A program made the position numbers and the translations under genes. A stretch of DNA of 64,000 nucleotides, from positions 69,688,001 through 69,752,000 of the forward strand of contig CM052820.1 in NCBI GenBank assembly GCA_028534125.1, given 5' to 3'. Origin of the DNA: Lama glama. Taxonomy: Eukaryota. Below the pieces are notes generated by a model that made no database searches, had not been told where the DNA came from, and was given only the letters and a program-made list of their open reading frames with translations. Of the stretch, positions 1 through 13,690 are shown piece by piece; position 1 is the stretch's first letter; each line of letters starts with the position of its first letter.

Positions 1-1369
1 TATTGTTCTGTGATAAAGAGTTAAGAAAAAGTACTTTAGAATTATCTAGTCTTAACAGCCTACGTGTTTTCTTTGGTCACTGGTGTTTGTGGACACTTTG
101 GAAGCCAAAAACTGAAGTGGAGCATTGTCTAGTATTTTTTTTTCTTCTATTAACTGATGTGTTTAAGACATGAAAAAAAGTTTCAGTGAAAGAAATGCTT
201 AATTTTCAGAAAATATGATTAGAAGATAAGACCTTGAAATTTTTTCAGCTTTACAGTTATGAGATTAAGACTTTAAAATACCTTGTTTTTAAGTAAAGCC
301 AGGTAAAGTACCAAATCATGAACTTCATTTAAATAAAATAAAATAAAGTGGTGAAATACCAACTTGTAAACCAATTTAGTGTTCAAGCAACTTTCAGTTT
401 TGGACAGGAAAGGAGAAGTTTTCAGTGCTCGCATCCCTGTGGATTCCCATCACCTCCAGACTTTTTAATTCTGCTGCTTCAAGGTCACTAACTTTCCTTC
501 ACAGGGGTGAGTGTGGTCCCTTTTGAGATCTCCTTGATAGCTGTTACATTTCTAAATAGTTCTACGCAGGTGTCAGTGAAACATGCTATCATGTGACCAA
601 AAAGAATGCATTTGGAAAATCACTTTAATTCCAGTGGAAGTTTTACAAAAGTCCTGAAGTTTAAAATGTGTATAATTCCTAAAAAAAGCCACGTCCGTTT
701 GTTATCTAATAGTGTTTTCTAAACAATAATTTCAGAGAAGCAGGATCTAATGACTTTTCCAGAATGCTTATTTGAGAAATGTTCAGCAAGTCTGTTCACT
801 GCTATTGCAACCAGATCAAAACATTTTGCATTTTCTTTCTTTGATTTTTCAGCAGTGTTGACAGAGCTCACTCAATTTAAGCCATTTTGTCTAACACAAC
901 TATGGGTCTCTGGACTAAGTCTTAAAGTGCTGCATTACTTTGAGCTATAGTGCCTAAAGAAACAGTTTCTTAAAAAGTCAAGCAAGAGCTGGAAAGCAAC
1001 AGCAAAAACAAGTATGGTGCAAATATTGAAAAGTATTTTAATTTGTAGGAAAAGTTTAGAAATTTAAAAATATATACTTCTAGTGATACATGTCTTCTCC
1101 AAAGCATCAAAAACTCACATAACTCAGTTGATTGAAATCAAATATTATCTGAATATATGAAATGCAAATAATCTGAAGAGTTCTGTCAGTTTCTCCCCAA
1201 GTTATAAAGAGCCACACGGATGTGAGTCATCTATGAAAACTAGCGATTGTCTTCATGCCAGCTATGTGACCAGTTCTAATCCGATAGACATTCTGCTATG
1301 ATTGTAAATAATTCATAGTAGTATTAATAGTTAATGCTATTATTTATAGTAGTAGTATTAATACTAGTC

Positions 1370-1490
1370 CAAGCACCATGCCATGCCATTTTATTCATTT
1401 CTTTTTTCATCATCATATCCTTGTGAGGTAGTGCTATAATTATACCTCATGCTTAACAGATAAGGAAACTGAGATTCAAAGAGATTCAAA
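1370..1490 (-). mobile_element. MIR SINE fragment
   Basis: ccttgtgaggtag...cttaacagataaggaaactgagattcaaagag resembles the MIR core in reverse orientation. Confidence 0.7.
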
Positions 1491-1544
1491 TTCATAGATT
1501 TATTCCATAAATTGATATCTTAATAATACATTTTAGTCTAATAG

Positions 1545-1850
1545 AAAGGTCATAAACTCTAAATCCTACTAAGAGTAAGCAAATATTGTCAGTGAGTGAA
1601 GTAATTTAGCTGTAGGAGAATCCAAAGAGGGCGGAATGTGCCAAGCTGGACAGCATCATTCTCATCCAAAGTGGGGAAGCATCACCTCAAGTCCAGCTCA
1701 TTGTTTTGGAAATAATTCAGATCCTCGGTTTTAAGAAAATTTAAAGACAATGCATAAATCAGAATTTTTATACTGTTGCTCAATTTTTAAAATTTTAACA
1801 AACAAAAATATAGACCAAATAAAACCTTATCTTTAGGTTGAATCCAGCAT
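1545..1850. mobile_element. hAT-Charlie DNA transposon remnant (MER102-like)
   Basis: Termini aaggtcataaactctaaatcctac and gaccaaataaaaccttatctttaggttgaatccagc resemble recalled MER102 ends. Confidence 0.5.
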
Positions 1851-2884
1851 CTAGAAAGAGACATAATAAATTAGATTATACCACTTGTTTCATTTTAGAT
1901 GATTCAACTGAAATGAAATCATTTTTTAAATTATTGCTATTCTAGAAGTAAAATGACAGCGAGGTCACCCACTTTCTTGTATTCACAGTTCCACAGTCCC
2001 CAGTGTCAACGGTGCTTGGTTGACGTACTCCAGAGTCTTCCCACAGTCTTTACGTTACATTTTGTGAGCATATCTAGATCTTAGTTGTATCCTTTTGTCT
2101 CAAAGTCTCTCTGTCTGTCTCTCTCTGTTTTTCTCAAAGAACATAGCAAATTGAGAGGCCATTTACTATAATAAGCCCCTTTAAAAACTGACATTAATTG
2201 ATTCCTAACAGATTCTGAAGACGTCAAGGACTTAATTATTGGTTTACTAAATTTCTTGCTGCATTATAATTTAGAAAACTTTTGTTGTGACTAAGGAGCA
2301 CCAGTTAGTTAAGAAGCAGTTTAGGAACTGCTACCTCTAATATTCCAGGACAAAAGATTGCTGTCATCTAAGCTTAAACAGTATATTAAGCATTACAGTC
2401 CTTAAACTGTTGCAAAAAACTAAGGGGAAAATAAATACTATGTTGACAACAAAAAGAATGAAGGAATGGTTCTCAGTGGAATTGACGGCCTCTGTTTCAA
2501 TGCTGAGTGTTGTTGGTACAAAATGATTTGCTTATCAGAATACCCCTCTGTAAAAAGATTTTGCTGCAACTTTGAAAAAAGAGAAACCAATAGCAATTTT
2601 TGTGCAGTTTAAAATTATAGTGTTTTATAACACTTTTTAAAATACATCTTTTATTTAGACCATTTCTATTGGTAAATATTTTTATAAAAATAAAGGGCTT
2701 CCTTCAAGAAAAAAAGCTTACCACTCAATTCTCTTTCTTTCACAGCTGTATTGTCAAGAACTGAATAAACTAACTGCCTTTAAAATGTTGTCTGTTGGCA
2801 AAGAGGATGTAGCTACTGGTGCAGAACTGCACATTTAAGGAAAAACTTTTGTCTCTTCTTTTCAGTCAGCTGCTGAACTTTCTC

Positions 2885-2920
2885 AGAGAGAGAGAGAGAG
2901 AGAGTGTGTGTGTGTGTGTG
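2885..2920. repeat. Compound microsatellite (AG)10(TG)8
   Basis: Read directly from the sequence. Confidence 0.95.
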
Positions 2921-4352
2921 AGTGAGATGGCCTGGCCTCCGTGAGCACACTTATATCCCAATTTAATTAGTTGATCTGTGAATGAAGCCAAGATTGAATT
3001 CTGTTACTGCCGCAAGTGAGACAAGCCAATCTGATGAACCACACTGAGTGAGCCGCCAAGAAGTGGCATTGCATAAAACAAGCCCTTTAAATAATTTCCC
3101 TCTTGTTGACAGCAAATCAATTACGTTCTCTATCTTTAATACTCATTGAAAAGGAAATAGGCCTCTTTTTCGTTGTTGTTAGATTGCAAATCTACTCTTT
3201 AGATAATTTTCAAAGAACTCAAGTTGCTTTGAAATGTTCAAATTATATAACTTTCAGAGTTGTGCATAATGTAATACGACCCTTTAAAAATATATTTAGA
3301 GTTGCGGTTGAGGCAGCCTCTCAAATACCGGCCACTGTTGACATTACCCCAGCATTGTGTATACAAAATGAAGATTGAAAAGTATTCTTAAAATTTGGTT
3401 TTAATAAATATTAAATTAAAATGGTAAAAATAGCATTGCCTTTAGTTTGCTTTATCGTAAGATGCTAACATAAACTGTCATAAGCATGATAGTATCATAA
3501 AATTAACAATAATGTATCTAAATATGGTCAGCATTTAAAATTTGTGCTGATAATTAGGAAGAAAAATATTCCACCTTTGGTTATAACTACTAGTACATAG
3601 AAGAAGTGTTTTTTTTTTAATGTTATCATAATTTTCAAGCAATCCTTAAAATGACCCGAACTGGGTAGCTGTTACCACTTAAATGGCTCTGGTATGCAAA
3701 AATCTAATTTTTATATCGACTTGGTAGAACTCATTTATGACGTATCAACATTAAAGCATTCTTGGATTAACTAAGGTTTTGTAATATGCTCATCCATTTC
3801 CTTCCATTTTCCTGAACTAGTGAGACCTGAGCCGCTTTGTCTTTTTTCATGCTTTTCTGATGAACATGTACCAGCCACACATGATTCTTTCCATTTGGCC
3901 ATATTTGCAACAGTTGTGGGCAGCAGAGAGAAGCTCACCCCAGTATGGTTATGGTGGCATGTGAGGTACGAGGGCAGTTGGTGGTTTTTAGCTGAGATAA
4001 TTCCTTTACTCCCTAGTTTGCTTTGTTCCTCCGTGATAGTAGTGACTGTGCAAATGAGGGTTGATTTCCAGACAACCTTTCAGTATCAGGCTCATGATGT
4101 GACCTGTGCCATACAAATTCAAGAGTCTAGATAAAGCTTGTTTTAGAAATGTATCTCTTCTGTTGATTTAAGGCCATGATTATAGTTACATGAAATTTAT
4201 AGGCTAACTAATAATATTTATCCAACTTTGACTAATTTATAAAGCTTTACTACCACTAAGGTGACCAAGGGAGAGTACAGACATGCCTCCGAGTGAATAG
4301 ACCTGGATTCTTGATCAAGCCCTGCAATAAGTCATTGTGAATCTTTGAAATT

Positions 4353-4429
4353 TACACCTTTAAAAAGTGGATTAGATTCCAAAATACATTATACATCTTT
4401 AAAAAGTGGATTTTATTCCTAAATACATT
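4353..4429. repeat. Tandem duplication, 2 x 38 nt (period 39)
   Basis: 4353-4390 and 4392-4429 are 34/38 identical; lies in a MIR-like segment. Confidence 0.9.
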
Positions 4430-7400
4430 CTTCTCTCCTAAATTCTTTGATACTGGATTGTAACAACATTAAAGAAATCACATAGCTTTGTGATTTTTCA
4501 TTTATCCTTGGTTATAGCCATTGTGTATGCCACCTCTCACATGTCAGGATTCGGGGAGATGCATTTATATGGCCACAACTAGAGAGTCTTTGAGCCTTGT
4601 GAAACTGTTTTTATGTGCCCTATTACATTTACTGTGTGAAAGCATATTCTCCTTATTGTAGAGATGCTAAAGCAAAGAATTATTCTCATCCATTATTGAT
4701 GCCAGGATCTCACTTTGGGGATCACCACCCTTTGGGGAATTTGGGTTATTTAAATGAACTCAGTCTGGTTTAGAGGATAGAAGAGCCTTTATTAATGCAA
4801 TGAGGCTCACAAAACAATAATATCTAGCATACAATTGCTTTCTAGCAACTTCTAAGTGGAGAACCTGAGAAAGGCTAATGTAAGAAAAGAATTCCTTCCT
4901 TCATGTTGTCATTCACATTATCATGAATTTGTTCATTCATATTTCATTCATTCATTCAAGTACATAAATTTTGAGCAGTCTTACCTTAGAGGAATATACA
5001 TATATTATTCCATATTATATACAGATATATATGTAATCATTTTATGATCCTTGAGTTCAACTATGTTCTGTCAAATGTCTTTCCATTCTCTTATTAACAT
5101 CTTAAGGATACTTCATGCTTTTTTCCAATTACCTTGTGTTACTAAAGTCAGACCTTATCCAAAACTATAATTTCTTATCAAATTTAAATCTCTCCTGCCT
5201 TTCCCCTTCTCCCAGCATATTACAGGCATATGACTTCAGGGAACTGAAATAAAGGTGGGCATAGTCTGTGAATTCATTTCCTCTCCTACATTAGTACAAT
5301 GTGAAGGCAATAGTGGTTTTGTTCTGGGATCTTTGCTCCCAGCCTTTTATTTTCTGGTTGTAGGATGGGGAGTGGGAATGGGTGGGAGGACAAGGAATGG
5401 ATGAGCGAGAGCAAAGGGGTATTACAAAACTAGTCACTAGTGATGGTGTAGCATCTTCCCAGATCCTGTTCTGTCTTGATCTAGTTTCATCTTTGGCTAG
5501 TTATCTCTGACAATGTGATGGTCTCAGCAAAGCTGTTTTTTTCTTTTTTCTTTTTCTTTTGATGTATGTGGTCCTCTAAGTCACTGAGGGCTCCTTTAGA
5601 GATAAGTAACAACACTGCTTGGTTCCAAGATGGTCCGATACTCAGTGCCTTGCATGGCGTCTCCAAAGGTTTTGTCTACTCCTTTTACCTCCAAGCCTCT
5701 TCACAAAGAATCACAGGAACTAATGAAGACCCTTACATCCTCTAGGCAGATCCTTCATAAAGAATCGTATGTAGTGGAGCAGTTCTCCATATTGTTTTTG
5801 CCAAGCACACATTACTACAGAAGCTCAGCAAGCCTTTTAGGTTTGTCTTTACCCCAAACTCCAGGGGACCACTTCCTGCTCTGTAAGAACTCTGCCGTTA
5901 TGCTCCAGCCTGTGCTTCCAGAAGCCCCTGGATGTCCCCACAGGTTTCCAGTTCAGCAAGCGTTCAGTCAAGGGATCAGAGGCCAGATTATTTTCTAGGT
6001 ATTCTCCATCTTACAGGTGATTCTATTCACTTACCCGTCTCTCACACTTGTCTTGGGAAAGAGAGGAACACACACCCTTATTCTCCCCCATGGAGTCAGA
6101 GATAGTAACTCCTAACCACCAACATGACGATTTCAGAGATTTCCACTGGCCCCTTCTTAGCGCTTCCTAGCTTTCTCTATGCAGCAGGGAGAAGGGGGAA
6201 AAGGTATTCCAGGGAAACAGTGCTCTTTTGGAAGCCTCTTAGGTTTTTGTCCTTTTTAGAATTCGCTTTCACCTTCTGATTTCAAGTTCAGGGAGAAGCT
6301 CCACTCACTGTCCGGTTCCCTGTGTTTACTGAGCACTCACTCCGTTCTAGGCACCGTGCTCGCCATTGAGATGTTTACTCCTAACATCTGCAGTGTTGGT
6401 CCTGCAACATTCAATATTTCTCCTTGTGAACTTTTAGAATCTGGTAATATTTGGTTTTCTAGCTTGGTATTTGGCTTCCCCTTGGGAAGTTCAGTACCGA
6501 GAGATGTAATATCCAGGAGAAGGGAAAATTTGGCTAACTCTCAGACTAGATGGCTCCTGCCAGGAAACAGAGCAAAGATAACTGATTATAATTCAGACAG
6601 CCATATAGGTGGGCGGCAGTAGATCTCATTGGTGATATGGAATAATAATGTTACCTATTCAGGATTGAGAGTATGAAAATTAATTAGGTAATCCATGCAA
6701 TATTCAAGTTTCAAAAACTGTCATCTAAAATTATTGTAAGTTTCAGTAAATACAAGTGAGACTCACACTCTGTCCAACCTTGGTCACTAGTGCTTTTTTA
6801 AAATTTCACCTTCTTATTGTGCATAACATTTGTAGGCTCCAAATTCTAAATTAATGTCTTCTTAGGGAATATAACTACATACTAAGAAGGAATTACACAT
6901 GCTTCTTCAGTAGCTAGTGACTTTTTCCTAGCATCTGGTACATGTATCTCAAATAGTAGCAGTTTTTAAAGACCTCATGTATTCCAAAGAGGTTCTGACT
7001 TCAAAATGTGGAATTCAGATAGATATGAGTTTAAAGTCCTGCCTCTTTATTTACGAATGATTTTTGGTAATCTGTTTCTGGGTATGCTAACTGATCTTGC
7101 AAGAACTTCAACTTACTTGTAAAATAGTGGCTACTGAAACCCATTCCCTATGTTTTTTTTTTTTAGGAATTTAAAACACAGAAATGTACCTATGCTTACT
7201 ATACCCAGCAGTTGGCTGTGGAAATACTCACAAAGGAGGGGCTCGTAGTAGTAATAACAAGATAATATGATACTTGGTATATAAATGCCACCATTCGTCT
7301 TCTGTGTTCTAATTCTGTGAATCACTTTATTTAGCCACTAGTTTTCTTTCTTCTACTTCCAGTATGTCTGTATTTTTAGAATTCATTATAGACTTCTCAT

Positions 7401-10400
7401 GGCATCGTTCAGTGTACTAGATCGTTTACATTCAGGTCTCTGCACTCAACAGCTACATCTGTGAGATAGTTTCCAAGGTTCTACCTGTTTGTAAGGATCT
7501 CCTTTTTCATTTGTTGTTGGAATCTTACTGTGAGCAGCTAAGGCAATTTCTTCCTTAGTAGAAGAGCTGTGTAAGTGTGTATTGTGTGACACGTGTGCGC
7601 ACACAAGGACATACATGTGTGTCCAAATACATGTGTGTGTACGTGCACACACGAGTAGAAATCTATCCCAATTGCTCCGTAGAAGCCGGAAGATAGCAGG
7701 TGTCCAGCTTCTGGATGCACTTGGAGTTAAACTATTAGGGGAAGTCCTGTCCTCTTCTTGCTATATCTGATTAAACAGATTTCTCTGGTGCAATTAAAAT
7801 GCTATTTATCACTTTTTAACAAAAGATTAAAGATGATTTCACTAGAAAGAAATTAATGTGCTGGTATAAATTGCTTGACCTACTCAGCTTTACTTGCATT
7901 CTAAAGAGCTACTCCTATAAAGAGAAAATGAGAATATATTAAGAGTTTTTTCTGTGAAATAAATTACGAACGTTTACTGAGAGCTGATTATGGGTGATAC
8001 ATTGTGTTAAATTCTGTGCATAGGCAAGTCCTTTGGCACTAAATTTTTTGAAGTGAGTTCTAGAATATTAATATATTTACGATTGTGGTGTATTTGGAGA
8101 GATGATTATTTTCAATGTCCCCTGGATTTATATTTACACATGGAATCAAAAGATCCTTAATTATTTAAATGGCCTTTGAACATTTAGGAACTGAGCAACT
8201 AAATAAGCAATTAATGAGACATATTTAATGGCTATTGGAGGTAACAGTTAGTAGCCTGATTGAATTTATAGGTGAGGAGAATATCATATTAAACATGTTA
8301 GATTTTTTTTGTTAATTGCCATGGAGCACTGAGGTCTGGGGTCATCATGTTAGCTAAGATGCCATTTCATTAATGAGTTGGAGTTAATAGCCTGAAGAAA
8401 AACAGTTGAGAAGTCTGAGGATTGTTACAGAGAAACAGTAGTTCTAAAAGTACTCTAGGATATATTGACTGTGTCTGTTACCATGTGTCTTTTTTTTTTT
8501 AAATAATGCCTGAAATAAAAAGAAAATAGTACCACTTGACACTGTACAATAATTAAATAGAAATTCACATTAGCTAATTTCAAAGAAGCTCTTTAGCATT
8601 TGCAAGGATGAATGCAGGGTATAATTGAATATGGATATTTAAATAATAATAAATAATCATTTTCTTTGTTTGAATGCAAGTATGGTATTTTATTTTTCTG
8701 TCATACCAAAATACTTCTACAACCAGTTTTAAAGATAACAAGATACTATGAATTCGAAATCCAGGAAGTAAAGAGACATTTTAGTTTCTCATCTCCCAGG
8801 ACATTTTAATATGGGTTGGTAATACTTCAAAAGCTTTCACATTATCCACTTGATCTTCACAAAGGAGAAAAGATTAAGTCCTCTATTTTTAAATAACTTG
8901 GAGATTTTATAATAAAAAGCTAAATAAGCTCTTAATGAGACGTATTTTCACGGCTATTGAAAATAACAATTAGTAGCTTTATTGAATTCATAGGTGAAGA
9001 GAGAATCATTTTCTGTGACTGGACATAACTTCTGAGAACTACGCAGACATGTTTTAGAGATGTTCACACTGCTGTGCTCTCTTTGAAGAGCAAAGGGAGA
9101 CAAACACTTTTTGTTTAACCCTTTACAATCATGTGGGTGGAAATTAGGCTTTATGTTGAAACGAAATCCTCTGAAGAAAAAAAAAAATGTTTCCACCATT
9201 TTAAATTTAAGTTTGCAGAAAGTGGGCAAAATGAATGGGACATTGCCATATACCCTTTCCGAAATTCACTGTAAGCCCCTTGCCAATTTGGTTCATATTT
9301 TTCTTTTTCTTTTTCTTTCTCCTTGTTCTTCCTTTTCCTCCTCCTCTTTCTTCTCCTTTTTGAAGCACTATCAATGGATGGATATTTGCTTAATAGAGAT
9401 TTTGATAATCGGTAAAGAAAAAGATACGTGTTAGGGAAGCTTTCCACATTTTAGCAGTTGAAAATTATTTTGTTAATGCATGGGGTTTTTTTGTTTTAAA
9501 AATGTCGTGGAAGCACAAAATCTTCTGATAACAAATAGCTCACTATAGACAGATTCTCCATTTTCTGTAGACACTTATCTTTGAACAGAGTTTGGTGGTT
9601 AACTCTAATAAGATTAGAAGATTAAGAAATATGTATCATATTAAAAAACTGACAGCTTTTAATTGTCTTACAAATACTGATTGAGAGCCCACTGTGTGTC
9701 AACTGCTCTGCTAGGGGGTGTAGGATTTTAATAAGGTACAAAAGTACCTATCATCAGGGATTGACTAGTGAGGCGTGGTTTGCCTTTTTCAGGAGCATGG
9801 ACTTAGGGAGACCTTCTCCTGCACTCTTTGGCCAAATTTAATTTCTTACTTCATGGGACCTGTCATTAACCACAGTCTATAGGCCTCTAAAGGTGTATTT
9901 CTTTCTGTAGGCCTTGTTTCACAAGTATAGACTAGGATTACTTAACTCAGAATGGACTTCAACATTGACCCATTGACCTCAGGATATGTTATCAAAAATA
10001 AACTCTAAATTTTCTACATGTAAAACGTTACTTGATTATACAACTGATACTGCTCTCGAGGACTTACTTTCTCTAAAAGAGGATTTTTGGGGAGAAAAAA
10101 AAGCACACTGTTTTATATGGGTATTCTCTCTAGAAACTATTTGCTGGTTTGAATGCCTTTGTTCTCATAAAAGTTTTAATATCATCTGAACCTAATTTGA
10201 GTGAACGTATTTGATATGGACAAGGATAATAGGAAAGAGATGTTTATTCTTCAATGTCCAAGTCTAAATTAAACCCTCAGCTTTAAACAGCACACCAAAT
10301 ATTCAGCAGATAAACTTCTACCAGTTACTGACACCTGAAAATATCATGAAGAAATGAGAAGACTGTAGTCGAGCCATTTGGGGAATGTGGGCGGTAGAAT

Positions 10401-12199
10401 GGCTATGTCTCTCCTGACCAGATGGTGCTCCTCAGTCTGGGAAGAGGGTCCTGATGAATTGCAGGCCTTTTGTGGAACATGAGATGGGGTTGGGAACCTA
10501 CAAGGAGACACCAGCCTAGCCAGTAAAACCTGCTGAAACAGTAAGCTCAAAGGGCAGCTAGAGTCACTGGCAAATCACCTTCACGTTGAGAACAGATGGT
10601 CTTGTAGTTTCGCTTGAAAGTCTGTCAGAGGCACTTCTTAACAGTACCATCGTGCAATTAAGGTATAAAAAGCCTGTATGGTTTGGGTTAAGGATTGACC
10701 TAGAGCTGAATGTAATTAAGATGAGAAAAGAGTAAGATAGAAAAGGAAGACCCTAGTGAAAGTACACAACAGGCAGAATTCTTCAAGGTCTTATTTAAAA
10801 AAATAATAATACTCCTACGAGACTGTAATCTAGGTAATGTTTTTTGAATCTGTTATTTTCGAATATGACAACATCTCAGTTGTAAACATCATTTAAGTTA
10901 GTACCACGTGCAAAAGCTTGCATTTTGGTAACCAGTGTTGTTTCTCTAGTGAGCACTTACCCGATGACCTTCCGTTTAGAACTGATATCCTAACATACTC
11001 CAGGTCTTATAGATGGTAGCTCGCAGTCTGCTCAAAGCTCTTCCTGCAAGACCGCCTCTTTTCCTTACAGTGGTTGTCAGTGATGCTCCACTACACCTGT
11101 TTTGCAGTTGTCTGCAGCTTCATTGAATGGGTTGAAGGCAAGATTTCCTGTGTCCGTAGAGTGGTGTCTATCCTTTCTTGTTGAAAATCTTTACTTAAGT
11201 TCGTAGACAACTGTATGGACTGAAACGCTGGCCCTGTTATAATGAATGTCTTCCTCAGCATTGCCTGGAACCCAGGGAGATAGACGGGATGCGTCATCTA
11301 GTAAGTCCCCAAGGGAATACTCTTTAGGCCAAGAAGTTGGAAACATTTAATGGTTTTCATTATTTGTTTGGTTGTTAGGAACCCAGTTAAGCAACTCAGA
11401 GTAAAGTCTTGTCTCTGATCTGCCTGTGTAGCTTTAATATGTCACTTACCTTGGTGTCCTACTTCATCTCAAAAATCTAGATGCCAGATGTGAATACAGT
11501 CAGCCTCTAAGATGCCCTTAAACACTAAAATGAGGTCATTTAAAACATTTTGTCCCATGAATATATTTTTAAATATAATATCATAGTTATAAGGTCTGGG
11601 TAAGGTAATTCCTTTTTAAAATTAATTTTAAAGTTAAAAATAGATAAATATGTTATTTTTCACATTAAATACCATTTAATATTTTAGATTTTTATAGTAA
11701 ACATAATAAGAATTTAAACCTTGTTTAAGTAACTATATTTAGTACTTATAAGGCTTGTGGTCTATTGTACGGGTACCAGAATGTGTGTGAATAATTGTAG
11801 ACCTTTATAATATACATTTTTAATGCTTTCTCTTCATGTTTCTCCACCCTTTTGGGGGTAAAGTTAAGTTAAATCCTTTCTTTCGTGTGATTCGATTTGA
11901 AAAAGGCGTCACAATGAAACTTTTCAAATATTAGTAGTAAATGATTTTTTCAGCCACAAATTTATCTATTTTACTTATACCTCCAACTCTGTTCTCTCTT
12001 CCTTTATCCTCTTCTATTGGCAAGACAACACACTTGCTTAAATCCCACTGTCCACAGCTTTACATTGTACCCAGGCAGTTAATTGTAGACAAAAGAAGTA
12101 AATAACATACAAACATAAAAACAGCAAACAAAAGACAAATAATAAGGTCCCTTATTCTTACTATAAACTCCTAAGCACTGTTCTCTGAGTGGGCAATAT

Positions 12200-13690
12200 T
12201 ATAACCCAGAAATTCCACTATATATTTCTTCCCACCTGTTATTCCTCCTAAACTATATTATTTCACGCTGTCTGTTCTCTTTTCAACTTTCCACTTTCTC
12301 CCCACTTTTTATTTTCCTCTGATGTCCTTCCGTCTTATTTCAGTGAGAAAATACATGCCGTAGAAGAGAACTTCCATCTGAAACTCTCTCTCATCAACCA
12401 TGTCTGTAGTCCCTGAAATAGTCTGCTTTTCTCTCTGGTTCCTTGAGCACATTGTCTGCGCTCCTGTCTCAAGTCAGTTTCTTTCCTGCTTTACTAATTT
12501 CCTTCTATTCTTGGCTACTTAAAAACTTCATTCCCTCTTTTTATTGCATTATATTTGTTCCTTTCTCTATCTATCATTCCCATTGGTTACTAGCATGCCA
12601 TAATAATTCCCCCAGTATGTTACAAAAAAAAAAAAAAAGAATCTTGACACCAGTAACTCTTTTCTCCTTCTATGCTTCTCAGAAAAACTCATCACAGGAG
12701 TTGTCTCACCTCCATGCCAATTTCTCTCATCCAGTTCTGTCTTAAACCACTTCAATCATGATTTCTCCCTTGCTTCTTCAATGACACCACTCTTACCAAG
12801 GTCAACAATCAGCTGAATATGTCTAAATTCAATAATCAATTTTCATTTCATATCTTATTTGAACTCTCGTCAACATTGGTCACAGCTGATTAGTCTCCTC
12901 CTTGAAACATTTCTTCACTTCACTCAGGGTCCTGCTTGCCCCTGGTTCTGCTGCCACCTCACTAGCTTCACCTTCTCAGCCTCCTGTGTGCTCTTTCTTT
13001 ACATCCCTGAACTGCAAACTTAGGGGAACCCAGGCTCAGCCTCTGTGTTTACATTCATTCCCTAGATGGACCCATCTCATCTCAGCTTTAAATATCACTT
13101 ATACACTAATTACTCCCAAATTGTCTCTTCTACCTGACCTTCCCCTTGAACTTTAGACCCGAATAATCCAACTACCTAGATATTTCCTCTTGGATATCTT
13201 ACAGCCTTACTAAACTTAGTAAGTCCAAATTTGAACTGCTCAAATAGAGTAACTCAGTTTGTCACAGTGTTTGAGTGAAAATTGTTGATTCCTCTTTTTC
13301 TCACATCTACGCTCAATAAATCAGCGAATTATGCCAGTTATAATTTCAAAATATTAAGAATCCAGCTGCTCACCACCATCGTCTGCAACTCTTGTTGAAG
13401 CCGTCATGATCTTCTTGCCTACATTTTGGTTGTTACAGTGACCCCCTAATTAGTTTCCTAAACCTCACCCTTGCCCTGTTAGTCTCATCACAATAGTCAG
13501 AGTGATTATTTTTCTACGTAATAGGTAGATCACTTATGTTTAAGCTTTTCTTCCCTGCTCAGAATCTCTAACGGCTTTGCATTTTATCCAGAGTAAAAGC
13601 CAAAGTTTTCCAAATGGCCTACAAATCCCTGTGTTGTCTGGCTCTGGTCATGCTCCCCCTCTGTTTATCAGAGCTTATTCCATACTCTTC
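12200..13690 (+). mobile_element. LINE-2 (L2) fragment, decayed RT region to 3' part
   Basis: actcttaccaaggtcaacaatcagctg and cttatttgaactctcgtcaacattggtcacagctgat correspond to the L2 RT motifs ETALxKVTND and LDLSAAFDTVDH; further L2-like sequence follows (ccagagtaaaagccaaagttttccaaatggcctacaa). Confidence 0.8.

Noticed and set aside
4353-4429. Direct repeats as a CRISPR-like array
   Set aside because: Only two adjacent units with no spacers, in a eukaryotic intron; an ordinary tandem duplication.
5150-6300. Possible ancient LTR-like segments here and near 54050-54900
   Set aside because: The composition is suggestive, but I could not match termini or a family with enough confidence to annotate them.
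11091-11297. Minus-strand ORF with GPAFQS...ERIDTTL, faintly like retroviral integrase SDNGPAF...ERMNRTL
   Set aside because: The catalytic Asp is missing, the spacing is wrong, and no flanking pol or LTR sequence is visible; likely chance.
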